Source: Octopus sinensis (taxonomy: Eukaryota). Taken from it: DNA of 64,000 nt. The position numbers were made by a program, and so were the translations under genes. The DNA is taken from the NCBI RefSeq assembly GCF_006345805.1, contig NC_042998.1:84568001-84632000 (forward strand), given 5' to 3'. Shown here in pieces: positions 27,537-41,198 of the stretch; within the stretch, counting starts at the first letter, position 1, and every line of letters starts with the position of its first letter. The notes beneath the pieces were generated by a model that saw nothing but the letters and a program-made list of their open reading frames with translations, did not search any database and was not told the origin of the DNA.

Positions 27537-27790
27537 AGTTAGTTAAGTTAGTTAATTTTTTGGCTCAAAAGCAAAAAGCAAGGCCATGTAGGGGGACATG
27601 GAGTTAAGTACAGGGTGGTGTTCATGTAAAGAGTTCAGGCCACTTGAGGTCAAGGGAGACTTTGAACAAAGCGGTCGTCGGCATCTTCACCATCTCGTCT
27701 GGCAGCTTGTTCCACGGATCCGCAACCCGGATGGAGAAAGCTCCTCTCCTTCGATTGAGATGAAATCGTCGCAGGTAGAGCTTTTCGGAA
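27537..27790 (-). mobile_element. CR1-type LINE 3' end, relatively young
   Basis: KLYLRRFHLNRRRGAFSIRVADPWNKLPDEMV...FKVSLD matches the typical CR1 ORF2 C-terminus (R..FFS.RV...WN.LP). Short 3'UTR, (TAAC)-like tail, CpG retained. Confidence 0.85.
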
Positions 27791-27844
27791 TATTGTGTCT
27801 TATCTTGTGTTAGCAGTGCAGTTAATTTATTTTTAAGTTTATCT

Positions 27845-28185
27845 TTTCTTTCACTTTTTTCAGTTGTTAGACTGTGGCCATGCTGGGACCTTGACGAATT
27901 TCTCTTTTTAAGCCTAGTACTTATTCTATCGGTCTCTTTTGCTGAAGAGCTAAATTCAAGGATGTAAACACCAACATCAGTTGTCAAGTGGTCATAGGGG
28001 ACAAACGGACAGAAACACACACAATGGACTTCTTTCAGTTTCCATCAACCGAATCCACTCACAAGGCATTGGTTAGCCCAAGGCTATAGTAGAAGACATT
28101 TTCCAAAGCGTCACACAGTGGGACTGAACCCAGAACCAAGCAATTAAGAAGCAAACTTATTACCACAAAACCACAACTACACCTG
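27845..28185 (-). mobile_element. Family A SINE
   Basis: Similar to the other family A copies. Confidence 0.75.
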
Positions 28186-28409
28186 TAGATTTCCCACAGA
28201 ACCCAGAGCCAGCACTGTAAATTACGATGTCTATGTAAACAATGTGATTGAAAATAGAAAACATAGGTAACGGGTGTAAATGCAAATTTCAAGAGTTATT
28301 GCTCTTTCATCGGTATCACATCCAACCCATCAACTGTCCACGAGCACATTGCTTAAATACCCATGGGTGCATATGAGGTCTGCCTCACAACTCACATGGT
28401 ATTTTTTTT

Positions 28410-28621
28410 TTATTTGTTTCAGTCATTTGACTGCAGCCATGCTGAAGCACTGCCTTTAGTCGAACAAATCGACCTCAGAACTTATTCTTTGTAAGCCTTG
28501 TACTTATTCTATTAGTCTCTTTTGCCGAACTGCTAAGTTATGGGGATATAAATACACCACCAGCAGTTGTCAAAAGATGTTGGGGGGGACAAACACAGAC
28601 ACACAAACATATACATAATAA

Positions 28622-28673
<52 letters not shown>

Positions 28674-29130
28674 ATAAAAATGGTAAGACAACAAAAGAAT
28701 GAAAGAGACCTTGATATTATATTATGTAAATAGAGGAATTTATCTGTAAATGTAATATGTGACAATTATTCAGTAGCCATGATAAAACAACAGCCATCTC
28801 TTCAGTTATCCAGCCATCGGAAAAAATGACCGTTAAACAAAGGAAAATTACTGTAATTTCCACCCCGGCATCTGAAACTCAGAGTTTTATGGCTACCAAA
28901 TAATTGTCAGATATTACATTTACAGATATATATAGATATATATATATATATATATGTATGTATATATATATGACAGGCTTCTTTCAGTTTCCATCTACCA
29001 AATCCACTCACAAGGCTTTGGTTGGCCTGAGGCTATAGTAGAAGACACTTGCCCAAGGTGCCACGCAGTGGGACTGAACCTGAAACCATGTGGTTGGTAA
29101 GCAAGCTACTTACCACATAGCCCCTCCTGC
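28410..29130 (-). mobile_element. Family A SINE with a foldback element inserted in its (TA)n tract
   Basis: SINE halves at 28410-28620 and 28970-29130 flank an unrelated insert. Confidence 0.75.
28741..28928. repeat. Foldback inverted repeat with arms of about 47 bp
   Basis: tatctgtaaatgtaatatgtgacaattattcagtagccat pairs with atggctaccaaataattgtcagatattacatttacagata. Confidence 0.8.
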
Positions 29131-32100
29131 GTCTAGTTTCTAAAGTAAATCTAGATATAAATTCTTACATAGAATTTATTTATTCATACACTTTATGGTA
29201 TTTTATATGACTGATTTTTCATATATATGAAGTAAATATTAAGTGTTATGTAAATCAACTAATCAATGTTGAAACTTAAGAAATCAATGTATCGTGACTA
29301 ATCAGAAGATGTGTGTCTCACTCCTCTAATCATATAAACAGCTTAATACTTATCCAAACACACATTACTTATTTTTCTTAGAAACAGGTTATTTCTAAAT
29401 TCTCAATAAGCTACATGGGAAAACAATACATGCACTTAGGCTAATATGATGTGCAGTCCTGTTTTATATAATGTAGCTTAGGGTTTTATTATTTTCTACA
29501 AAGATTAGCCTTGCCTTTCGTTACTCACTAGCCAATAGAAACAAATACATTGATACATTATTTGAGAAATTAATTGATAAAACTTCATTCTATTTTTAAA
29601 AAAATCAAAACTGTACTTAGAAGGAACTTTCAGAAATTAATTCCATTCACAAAGTCAATCATGTATAATTATAGGAATTACAAGAGTTGTTAACCTTCAT
29701 GTCTCAGTGAACAATTAAACAGACTGACACTTAAATCTAGTTGTCTCAGAATACATATTCATTTAAGATGTCATTAAAGTAATTGGATTTCTTTACACTA
29801 CACTGTTAATTACTGTCGGACACTGACAAAAATAATTCAATTTTACCTTTCCAATAAAACAGAGGAAGAAAAATTAACTTTTTAAATTAGATATCCAAAA
29901 ACTGTTTTACTCAATGATAAAAACACACAATATTATATCACTATGATTGATTGTGAGTTTTCACAAATAAACCTCCTTGGGATGGGTAGATCTTTACAAC
30001 CCTCTTAATCCCTCTCTTCATATCATTATTTTACATCTTCTTTCCAGTCTGATATGAATTGGATGGGTCTCTGTGGCAGAGTCAATTATTTGAAGCTGCT
30101 GCCCTTCTGCACAGATTGGGAGAACCATATCTCACTTGTACGATTCATTTTTGGCTTAGTTTATATGGATTGATACCATTCCTATAACCAATCACTTTAC
30201 AGAGTGTACTTGATGTATTTTATCAAGGCACCCACACTAGAAAGGTGGCCATATCTTTGAAAATGCTGAAGTGTCTTTACAACTATGTTGTTTCCACTTA
30301 ATCCCTGATATAGCTATAATAAAAATCAAAGATAAAAATCATGCACACAACCCAATTCCAATTCTTAGTTATGATCACTCGAGTTTCTAATGCCCTTAGT
30401 AGCATGAACAAGCGTATTTCCATCCTTTCCCCAATAATTCTGGGTATTTGACTACTATCACCCATGCTCTGTATAAGAAATTGATATTGATAGAAAGTAG
30501 TGGGTCCATATCAAATTATTTAGTAACATAATTTAGTGTGCTTATGGCCAATAATCAAAACTTCTAAATATCAACTTATCTGCCTTTTCTTAATATTAGA
30601 AAAAGATTTTAGATTCTTTCAGCATTTGTAATCAATTTCTGATTGAAAGAAAATAACCTTACAACCAACAGATTCAAGTTCAACTTCAAAAGAATGAAAG
30701 ACAAAAACTAACCACTGCAGGATTTAGTCTCCATATGTAAAGAGCTGGAAGATTTTCTGCAAAGCATTTTGTCTAATGCTGTAATAATCCTACTAATAAT
30801 AATAATTAGCTGGACCTGTGAAAAATTCACAGAAAACATAAAAAATGTAAGCATCTGTAAACAGAGTACTGGTGCCATGAGAAATGTTTGCATATTATGA
30901 CCGCCTGTCTTTACGTTCTGAGTTCAAATTCTGGCAAGGTCAACTTTACTTTTAATCCTTTCGGGGTTGTGTACTGGAGTCAATTTAATCAACTGGCCCC
31001 TCCCCACAAAAATTTCAGGCCTAGAAAAGTATATTGTGACAGTTACAGAATATAGAAAGTAATGTAACACCAATGACTATATAATCCAACCAAAATATCT
31101 GTTACACAAACGTAAATGGGATTACTATTCAACCTTAAAATACATCGTATATATTCAAAGAACCTTCTTGGTTTAGAGGTAGGGAACATTTTTCTGGTAT
31201 TTTTTAAATTCTTTTACTTGTTTCAGTCATTTTAAGTGCCTCTGGTATAATATTAAGAACTTTTTCATTTATTGCAGGATAGAATGTTTTGGAGATAAAA
31301 TTACTCATTTTTCCATTTCTCCTGGCATGCAGTTGTAGAAAATTTCTGGGTACAAATGTACAAAAGAACGAAATAATAATTGGATTTATGAATAAAAGTT
31401 TGATAATTGTGTTCATTTCCACCACGTGACACATATGCCATAGAAACCGGGAAACCAGGCCCATGAACCTGGATAGGCTTGAAAAGGGCACATAAAAATA
31501 TATATATTATATATATATATATGCTTCATAATTCAACTGTTATTTTATAGGAAAAAAAATCTACAAGAAATTTTGAGAAACATTATTTTATACTTAATTT
31601 GAGCCTTCTACACATTATGGAATTGCTGATAAACAGTTGGTCAGCAAAATGATACAAACTATGTTTTAAAGCGATTTAAATTACAGCTTTTTATCAAAAT
31701 TTCATGTTAATTTGTATCAACCCCAGTTTAATAATGACCATATTTTTAATTAAATTCATAATAAATGGGGTAAAAGAAAAAACTACAGTGATTTGGACAT
31801 TTAATATAAATGGATGGCATAAGAAAAAAAGGTTAATGGATGGTTTACACAGTAGAAATAAAGTAAATCTAAGTAGACACAGAAGTAATGAATAAACTAA
31901 AGCTAAGAGGATAAAAGAAAAATGAGACGAAACTGGATCAAGTATGACATACTGAAATGCAGTTTTTCAGATTAGTTAAAAATATATATATTAAAAGATA
32001 ATCATCGTCATAGACTTCCTATTTGAAACAGGACCACATATCCAGAGTCCTGCATGTTAAGACTTATTTTCTATAAAAATTGTAAGAGGACTATGATTAA

Positions 32101-32882
32101 GATACAGACTAAATGATTGTTCAATCAAATACTTCCACGTCACAGATCACATCAACCTCAGTTGATTGAATATAGAGGTCGAAGGTTAATAAACAATAAC
32201 GACAACAACACTGAAAGCAGCAACAGCTCATTGTTGGCCTACTTCAGACCAGGTTTACAATCTGTTACCAGCTTGAATATTTACTTTCTTCAAAATAAAT
32301 TGTTGTAAGTGCTTAGTATTTATAGCCATGCCTCCATTTGTATAAAAAAAAACAAACAAGACTATCACTCACAAGTGATTATCATTTGGTAGCGTGTACC
32401 ATGGTTTTGCTAATTGTTTAAGGATGCTATGTAATCACAAGTATCATCTTTACTCTCCCCCAGTGGAACATCAAGGATGTAACAGCTGAAAGATGAAAAG
32501 GCTGCACCAGCACTAGGATAACACTCATTTTCATGTTGTACCAGTCTGAGTTGGCTTATACAAAGAAATTGAAGTGCACTGCTGAAGGACACAATGTGTT
32601 GCTATGTCCAAGATTCAAACTCACAAGTTTATGATCATTAGCTGAAAGTGTTAATCACTAGACCATATGCTTAGTGTATGCTTACCATTAGATCCATGTC
32701 ATTATCATTTGATGTCCACTTTCTATGCAGGCATGGGTTGGAAAGTTTGAGAAGGCCCAGTGAGCTGTAAGGCTGCATCAGACTTCAGTGTCAGCTTTAG
32801 TATGGTGCCTATAGCTGGATGCCCTTTCTAATGCATGTGCACACACATCTATACACCTATCTATAGATACCAGTAGATATAC

Positions 32883-32924
32883 AGAGAGAGAGGGAGAGAA
32901 AGAAAGAGAGAGAGAGAGAAAGAA

Positions 32925-32977
<53 letters not shown>

Positions 32978-33056
32978 AAGAGAGAGAGAGAAAGAAAGTG
33001 AGAGAAAGAAAGAGAGAGAGAGAAAGAAAGTGAGAGAAAGAAAGTGAGAGAGAGAG
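32883..33056. repeat. Pure polypurine (GA)n/(GAAA)n tract of about 170 bp
   Basis: Directly visible. Confidence 0.95.
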
Positions 33057-33834
33057 GTATGCACATATATCAATATGTACTCAATGATATCAAGGATATG
33101 TCAAAATAATGTTGTACTGAATGACGCCTGTAAAAATGTCTTAAATGGTGCATCACATGCATCACATGCATCACATGATTTAAGTATTGTACCTATCGAC
33201 TGATTTGAGTAATTCCTCTAAGCTCAATTATATCTAATAGTACTCATTTAATAAATAAACCAATTACTTCCTCAATATTTCATTATCAATAACAAAGTAT
33301 TGATATATGATAAAATCTTGAATTAGTATATATACTAATCTTTGCATCACAAAATAATGACGAGAGAATGAAGAATATCAAAACACCATCTAGTTATTAT
33401 TCCTATCTACTCAATGAACAGTAGAAATTATTTTCACATATGGTGGATAAATAAACCAAATCAGCATGTGTAATAAGATTAACAGAAGTTTGCCATAAAA
33501 ATCTGCCAATTTCCCTTTTGTTTTGTTTCTTTTGTAATTCAGTAACTATTTCAAGAGAACCAACCAAAATGCTAGCTGAGCAGGAACTTAGATGCTGGCA
33601 GAGTTTTCAAGCACAAGATAAAAATAGTTTGGAGTATCAAACCTATTCATCATAATAGGTGTAGCTTAGGTGGGTTCCCCATATGTCTGATGACACATCT
33701 CTATGGAAACAAAAAAAAAATAATATAAAACAAAAATATTATAGCAAAACTGTAAGTGTGCTTGTGTGTATTATGTGTATCTATATGAATATTTATTTCT
33801 ATGTATATATTATAATCCTTATATATATTATGAT

Positions 33835-33837
<3 letters not shown>

Positions 33838-33886
<49 letters not shown>
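33838..33886. repeat. (TA)n microsatellite
   Basis: Directly visible. Confidence 0.95.
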
Positions 33887-33890
<4 letters not shown>

Positions 33891-34715
33891 GTGTCTGTGT
33901 GAAGAGATACATAAACATTCAACTACAATATACACATTCTATGCACACACACACACATACATACACACACACAGTGTATATAAACACATGCAATCACATT
34001 GTATGTATTCTTTATCTTTTTACTTTCATTTCTACAAAAACATAGAACTACTTGATGCATTCCCGATGAAGATTACAGTGGCCTAGATAACATATGGAAT
34101 CATATTAAAAACAAATGGAAGTGGGAGACTGATATATCAGTTCTCTCTTTCTCTCTCTCTCACACAAACATTCTTCTTGGTGTATATTTCTTTTATCAGT
34201 TGACACCTGTTAAAAGACAAATGGTCTTCACATAAATGGTAAATGTGCAATTTAATTATATGAACCTGCATGAGTATACTACTTCATGCTTTCAGCTGTT
34301 TCAGTTATTGGACTGTGGCCATGCTGGGGCACTCCTTGAAAGGACAAGTTGATCAAATGGTCTCCAATATATAAATATTCCAAGTCTGTTTACATCTCTA
34401 TAACTTAATGGTTTGGAGAAAAGAGATAATCAAATTCTAATTTTAAATACTTTACAATACACCGTTAACCTTAAATGATTTAAGTTAGTAAATAACCCAG
34501 TCAGCCAATGCTCAGTACCCGAGTTATTTTGTTTAACCCTAGGCCAATTTGATCATGCAGGCCTATGACCAAAAAGTTGTTACAACCACATACTACCTTT
34601 TTTTTTGTTTTTTGAAATAAAATTTAAAGATAGTAGGGTGTGATCTCTGAGGGAGAGTTAGCTGCTATTTTTGCCAAGTTAAGCAGCCTTGTAGGGACCA
34701 TTTTATTGGGTCACT

Positions 34716-34950
34716 TCATCATCATCATCGTTTAACGTCAGTTTTCCATGCTTGCATGGGTTGGACCAAGGTCTGGGAAGCCATGAGGCTGCACCAGGCT
34801 CCAGTCTGATCTGGCAGTGTTTCTACAGATGGATGCCCTTCCTAATGCCAACCACTCCGTGAGTGTAGTGGGTGTTCTTTACATGCCACCAGCACAGGGC
34901 CAGAGGAGGCTGGCAAACGGCCACGATCGGTTGGTACTTTTACGTGTCAC
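34716..34950 (-). mobile_element. RTE-type 3' tail
   Basis: catcatcatcgtttaacgtc...ggatgcccttcctaatgccaaccac. Confidence 0.75.
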
Positions 34951-35626
34951 CAAAACATTGATATCAGACATTTGGAGGATTAAAAAAAATTACCTATGGT
35001 AAACTATCCTAAGATAGCAAGGGAACCTCAATATAATTGAGGTGCTAGAAATAGCAGCCAAATCCTCCTTATAATTACATCTTGCCATCTAAAAAGAAAA
35101 TACAGGAAACATTGAATAAGGTAGTCCTAGATATGCAATGCTCAAAAAGATAACTTAGTAATTCCTAGAAATCTAGAATATCTTTAATCACTGGTCTGCT
35201 TGTTCCCTTGAAGACAGGATGGTCGTCCTTGGAATGTCTTTAAATATAGGTCTGTTTGTGCCCATGTAGGCAGGGATGGGCATCACTGTAATGCCTCTAA
35301 CCATAGATCTGCTTAATCAGGTGCCATCACCACCGTCCAATCCCTCAAATGATATTATGACTATAATATATTATTTCTAAAATCAGGTTTACTCCTTTCC
35401 TGTTGATGCTACAGTCATTATATTACAGTGATTAGCAACTAACATCTTTGTAATTTACCACACCCCATCAAGGTGGGGTCTGTATGTGATTGCTGAATCT
35501 GAAATAGCACCTTACAAATAGCAACCAAATCTCATTTAAATCACACACTGAAATTTTTGTTTTTGACAGAACAGGACACTAGATAATATAAACACTTAAA
35601 TGTCTGGTGTGTGTTGCGTACTGTTA

Positions 35627-36270
35627 CTAATAAATGAAAAATGCATTGTAAATAAACGACACAAAAAATATATTGAGCCCCGTGCTAGTAGGGTGCTAAG
35701 AGCACCATCCAAGCGTGATCATTGCCAGAGCGGCTAACTGGCTTCTGTGCTGGTGGCATGTAAAAGGCACCATTCAAGCATGATCGTTACCAGCATCGCC
35801 TTACTGGCACCTGTGCCGCTGACATGTGTAAAAAGATTCAAGCAAGGTCATTGCCAGTACTTCCTGACTGGCCCCTGTGCTAGTGGCATGTAAAAGCACC
35901 CACTACACTCTCGGAGTGGTTGGCAAAAGGAAGGGCATCCAGCTGTAGAAACTCTGCCAGATCAAGATTGGAGCCTGGTGCAACCATCTGGTTTGCCAGC
36001 CCTCAGTCAAATCATCCAACCCATGCCAGCATGGAAAACAGATGTTAAACAATGATGATGATGACATTGAGGGTCCCCAATTCTTCTTCAGTTATCAACC
36101 AGAATGGTAATACGCAGATGGGAATCCCCTCAGTTTTATCATGAAAGTGCAAAACTGAGTATTACCATTCTGGCTGATAACTGATGAAGAATTGGTGACC
36201 CTCGGTGTCTTATGCATATACGTTTTTCATCTGTCGTTTATTTAAAATTTCCTTTTTTTTTTATTTATTA
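35627..36270. repeat. Foldback element whose left arm is interrupted by an RTE tail
   Basis: Inner arms 36063-36117 and 36155-36209 are inverted copies. Outer arms taaataaacgaca (about 35649) and tgtcgtttattta (about 36231) continue the symmetry. Confidence 0.75.
35675..36063 (+). mobile_element. RTE-type 3' tail with about four minisatellite units
   Basis: Same structure as 14895-15378. Confidence 0.8.
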
Positions 36271-36794
36271 CAAGTCTATATAATATAGACTTGTATATGC
36301 ATAGTTTGAAAATAAAGTATGATGGACATAGATGGAATACCTTTGGCTTTGGAAGTCTACTATGATATGATTGACTTTGGATGAAAAAACTTCACCTCCA
36401 GCACATATCTCCAAGTATCAAACAACACACATGCATCTGTGTGTCCATGCACACACATATGCATGAATGAATAATAAATTAGAATGTTATGTATGTTATT
36501 TGAATTTTAAAAATCATTATTATGAATGCTATTGTTATTATTGACAGAATCACTACAGCATTTGATAAAATGCTTTGCAGATTTTTTTTCCTGGCTCTTT
36601 ACATTCTGAGTTCAAATTTGGTTGTAATCAACTTTGCTTTCCATCTTCCCAGGATTGATAAAAAAAAATTGATAAAAAGTCCTAGTTAAATACTGGGATT
36701 AATATAATTAACTGTTCCCTTTCAGCCAAACTTGTGTTTACTATTATTATTAGATGCAGCATTAACTCCTGCATTATATTTATATGGATGAGCG

Positions 36795-37055
36795 GTACCG
36801 AAGAGCCTCGGGCCGACCAAAGCCCGTCATATATATATATATGTATACGTATAAGTGTGTGTGTGTGTGTCTCCCCAACATCGCTTGACAACCGATGCTG
36901 GTGTGTTTACGTCCCCGTAACTTAGCAGTTCGGCAAAAGAGACCAATAAAATAAGTACTAGGCTTACAAAGAATAAGTCCTGGGGTCGATTTGCTCTACT
37001 AAAGGTGGTGCTCCAGCATGGCCACAGTCAAATGACTGAAACAAGTAAAAGACAG
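36795..37055 (+). mobile_element. Family A SINE, 5'-truncated
   Basis: Near-identical to 13270-13545. Confidence 0.8.
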
Positions 37056-38874
37056 AAAGAGTAGGAGAAAAGCCAGAGAGATAAAAATAATAGTGACAAG
37101 AAACACAAGAAGCTGAATAAAAGAGAGCTCAGTAACAGAGGGATCAGGAAGGGTGGGTAATGGCTACAAGAATGTGTGTGGTAAAGGATGGAAGTGATGG
37201 ATAGAAAAAGGGCTAAAGGTGGTTAGAGGAATTAAGGAGTGAAAGTAGTCATTGGTGAATAAGCCAATGATATGAGTGAGGGATAGATGTCAATAGAGAG
37301 TGGTTCAGGGGAGAGGAGGTAAGGACTGGCAGTACAGAAAGGGATATGATATGATATGGTATGTAGTAATAGCAGTTCTGCTTTCATTAATAACAACAGG
37401 CTGATGCAGAAAAACAAATATAAAATCAAATCATGAGCACTGCAGCAACAACAAAAAGTTGTCCAACTGTTTAGATAAAAGAAAGAAATAGCTTCTATTT
37501 GTCATAACTTTTAGGTTTCATCGCATCCCTGTTGAAACTATCCTGTAACAAATTGCAATATATAGCCATTACCACTCCCAGTGTCTTTCACTCAGTTTCA
37601 CTCCAAACAAATTATGTTGCGTTTGTTTTCCTTTCACATTTGTTACTTATTTACATATTTATCTATCTACCTACCTACATAAACACTTTCACTGCTTTTG
37701 TACGATGAATAAGATTATAATGCGTATCATCTGTGCAAAGTTATACTACTGGGATTTCGATTCGCTTCCAGCAGAATTTTAAGAAAAAAATGTGAATAAC
37801 TCCAAACTATAAATACAAACCCACCTCACATCCATGTAAAGAACATCATTTGCTGTGGCCAAACCTGTTATCTCTAGAATTACGAGAAAAATTTTTGAAA
37901 AATGTTAAAACTATTTTTTAAAAATTTGTGACAGATAATTAAATTAACCTCCAATTCTTGGTTGGCACTTATTTTATCAGCTATGGAAGTATGAAAGAAA
38001 AAAAAAAATCAACCTTGGTAGAATCTAAACTCAGAACAGAGGGACAGAGTAAATTTCACAAAGAATTTTTCCTTGTAGCTGTTATGAACACATCTTAAAC
38101 ATAGTAGCTTTCAATGAATGTCAGATCCAATATAGTCTTGTTGTTGCCAAAAAACCATTAGTTCTAATATTTTGAAGAGAGGTACCTTCCAATATCAACT
38201 CTTATCACTCAAAGGAATACTGTTAGTCATGTCAACTACAGTGATTTTTAATTATTTGTACAAGAAATATTTGACATTTTCCATCTGAAGATATTGCTCT
38301 CCACCTGCCCCATAAAATTAAGTTATTAGAAATTTAAATACAATAAAAAATGTTTGTTTCTAATGTAGGCACAAGGCTAGCAATTTTTAAGACTGAGAGG
38401 TTAAAAGATTGTATTGACCCTTAGCTCTTAATTGTTTACTTTGTTCTGTCAACCTTGAGAACAGGACAAGCAAAATTAAATATGGTGAAATTTGATCTTA
38501 GAAAATAAAAAGTAGGAAGGCATAAAGTATTTTGCAAGGCATAAAATATTTTGTCCAACACTAACAATTCTGGTAATCCACCAGCCCTGCAATAGGAAAC
38601 AATGAAAAGTAAAAAGACAAAAAGGAAATATTTAAACTGTTGTGAAGCAACCAGACCTTTTGAGTTTGCTCAAGAAGAAAACTAAAGTTTATTAGCCATA
38701 GATAAATACACTAAGTCAACCCAAACAGAAGTCTAAATTGAAAGTGAAATTTAATTTAGGATAAGCACTTATTTTGAAACACTAATTTTAAATATGATAA
38801 AGAAATAAAATTTTAAAACTCAAAACAAATTATTACACAAATGAGAATAGAGGAAAGAATGTATAAATTCTTGC

Positions 38875-38968
38875 CTTTGTCAATTTTTCCATTAAAATCA
38901 CAAGTTTAAGGTGTTTTCTCAGAGTTTTGTAACCAAGCATGAGATAAGATCATTGAAATGCATTTCCT
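38875..38968 (-). other. Candidate 94-nt exon with a GC donor
   Basis: Acceptor tttattctttattctgatatcgtatttag and donor AAG|GCAAGA. Stops in all three frames. Confidence 0.25.
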
Positions 38969-39722
38969 CTAAATACGATATCAGAATAAAGAATAAATTT
39001 ATTTTGCTTCAGTATTGATGTGTAGTGTAACTTTGGATTAACCATTACCAACTAATAACCACCTTCAGAGATTATCAGTTTTTATTTTTCTCCAGATAAT
39101 GTATCTAAGCCAATCTTATTTAAAGCATCATTCCCTTTTTTTAAAACAGTAGGATGTAATATGAAGAAGAATAGGCTGCTATTTCTAGAAGGTTGCTTGA
39201 TTACAAAACAGTGCTTCACAAATTTTGAGGATTTCATGACAAAGACAAAAATTAAAATATTTTAAAATTAGAAATTTAAGACAAAAAATATATAGCACTG
39301 TTGTTCACTTTGGTTTATTAATTATACTTGTGTAAAACAAAATTATGAATAAACATGTTTTTTAAGACTCTCAGGTGTTAACATAGCTTGTCTAATCTCA
39401 AATTATATTTTCAAAATACACAGACAACTAACAGACATTCCCTCATGAAAACAGCTAACAGACATTCACTCATGAAAGTATGTCCTTGAGGAATGGAATG
39501 TATTTCAAGGATTCCTCAAGAATTAAAAAGATTAGGAAATGCTTTTCTAAGGGATTGCAAATGGCAGACTATGTGCAGAAAAACTCCACCATTGACAGTT
39601 TCTCTGAACACCAGTGAACCATTACAAAGCATGCATGCATACATATATGTTATTAGATAGTAAAATGAATGGTTTATATCTGGTAGCTCACTGATAAAGA
39701 ACAACCACTTTCACAATGTCCA

Positions 39723-40272
39723 TTATGTATTTGGTTAATGAGAGATGGAAGATAAGAATTTTTATTAATCACTACAATTGTTTTGAGCCATCTAGCATCA
39801 ATCCCTCATGGGTGGGATACATAATTGTTTCATGAGCATCCGGCAGTGCAGATGTGTCTCTTTGTGTGATAAGTAGATATAACTCAATAAAATAACAATT
39901 CCACAATGTATATTCCCATTTTGTGTAAACAAAATCAGCAAAATAAAGGATATAGCTTCATTTATATAGAAGATCAATAATAAAATAACATGCAAAACAG
40001 AAATGAACACACAATACAGCAAAATAAGCATTAATACTTTTTTCACTGTATTGTGTGTTCATTTTGATGAAGCTATATCCTTTATTTCACTGCTTTTCTT
40101 TACACAAACTGAGAAGATACATTGCGGAACTGTTATTTTAACAAGTTATATCTATCACCTGAAAAACACATCTGCACCACCAGATGCTCCTGAACCCATT
40201 GTTTTGTATCCCACCCATGTGATTAATAAAAATTCTTTTATCTTCCATCTCTCATTAACCAAATATACATAA
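39723..40272. repeat. Diverged foldback element with arms of about 210-240 bp
   Basis: tatttggttaatgagagatggaagataa pairs with ttatcttccatctctcattaaccaaata; catgggtgggataca with tgtatcccacccatg; aataaaggatatagcttcat with atgaagctatatcctttatt. Confidence 0.85.
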
Positions 40273-40531
40273 AGTCATAAATGACAGAGAAATAGTTTGA
40301 CGAAATTTTATTTAACAATAAGAAAAATCTAATATGACAAATTGATTTGTAAGTTAAAAACACGTAAATATTTATATTATTATATCTGATAATAAATAAA
40401 TTACTTACATGTCTGTATTAATGCCAAAAATTGTACTATACTTTGTTTTGTAGAATGATACATTAAGGAACTTTTTTTGTAAGTACTACTGGATTACTTG
40501 AATCCATATATTGTGACACACACACACACAA

Positions 40532-41150
40532 TAAAGAGAAAGTGAAAAATTATCTGCACTTTTGCCATAACATTTTTATTATTGTCACACTGCCTTATGC
40601 GCATGCATGCTTATAGTTGTTACTATTGTGGTCAAGTGATCAAAGTTTGAGCCTAATTGTGCCATTATTCTTTCTGGCTTCACAGTGTAAACATGGCCAC
40701 TCCACTAGCAATATGCACCAAAGAAGAACGAAGAGCAGTGATCGGATTTCTCTGGTCGGAAGGTGTATCAGTTGCTGAAATTCATCAGAGGCTTTTAGTA
40801 CAACACGGGGACAGTGCACAACCACATAGAAGTGTAGATGAGTGAACTGAGAAGTTTAAAAGTGGATGGACAAGCATGATGCATGAAGAGGTAGCAGGAC
40901 ACTCATCAACCTCTACAACTGACAAGAAGATTCAGCAAGCTCGAGAGATGGTAATGTTGAACCAGTTCACCATTACCATCTCTCAGATCACTGCTCTTTA
41001 TTCTTTTTTGGTGCACATTGCTGATGGATCGGCCATGCTTGCACTGTAAAGCCAATAGCACCAACTATAAGCACGCATGCGCAGAAGGCAGTGTAACAAT
41101 AAGATATGTTATGGCAAAAGTGTGGATAATTTTTGACTTCCCCTCATGTA
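40532..41150 (+). mobile_element. Non-autonomous mariner derivative with the N-terminal transposase remnant
   Basis: From ATG 40693: MATPLAICTKEERRAVIGFLWSEGVSVAEIHQRLLVQHGD...*TEKFKSG...STSTTDKKIQQAREMV, the mariner N-terminal helix-turn-helix region. Inverted ends aagtgaaaaattatctgcacttttgccataaca and tgttatggcaaaagtgtggataatttttgactt. Confidence 0.85.
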
Positions 41151-41160
41151 TATGTATGTA

Positions 41161-41198
<38 letters not shown>

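Noticed and set aside
33148-33178. Three copies of gcatcacat, and a duplication of about 26 bp at 39424-39477
   Set aside because: Ordinary local slippage duplications.
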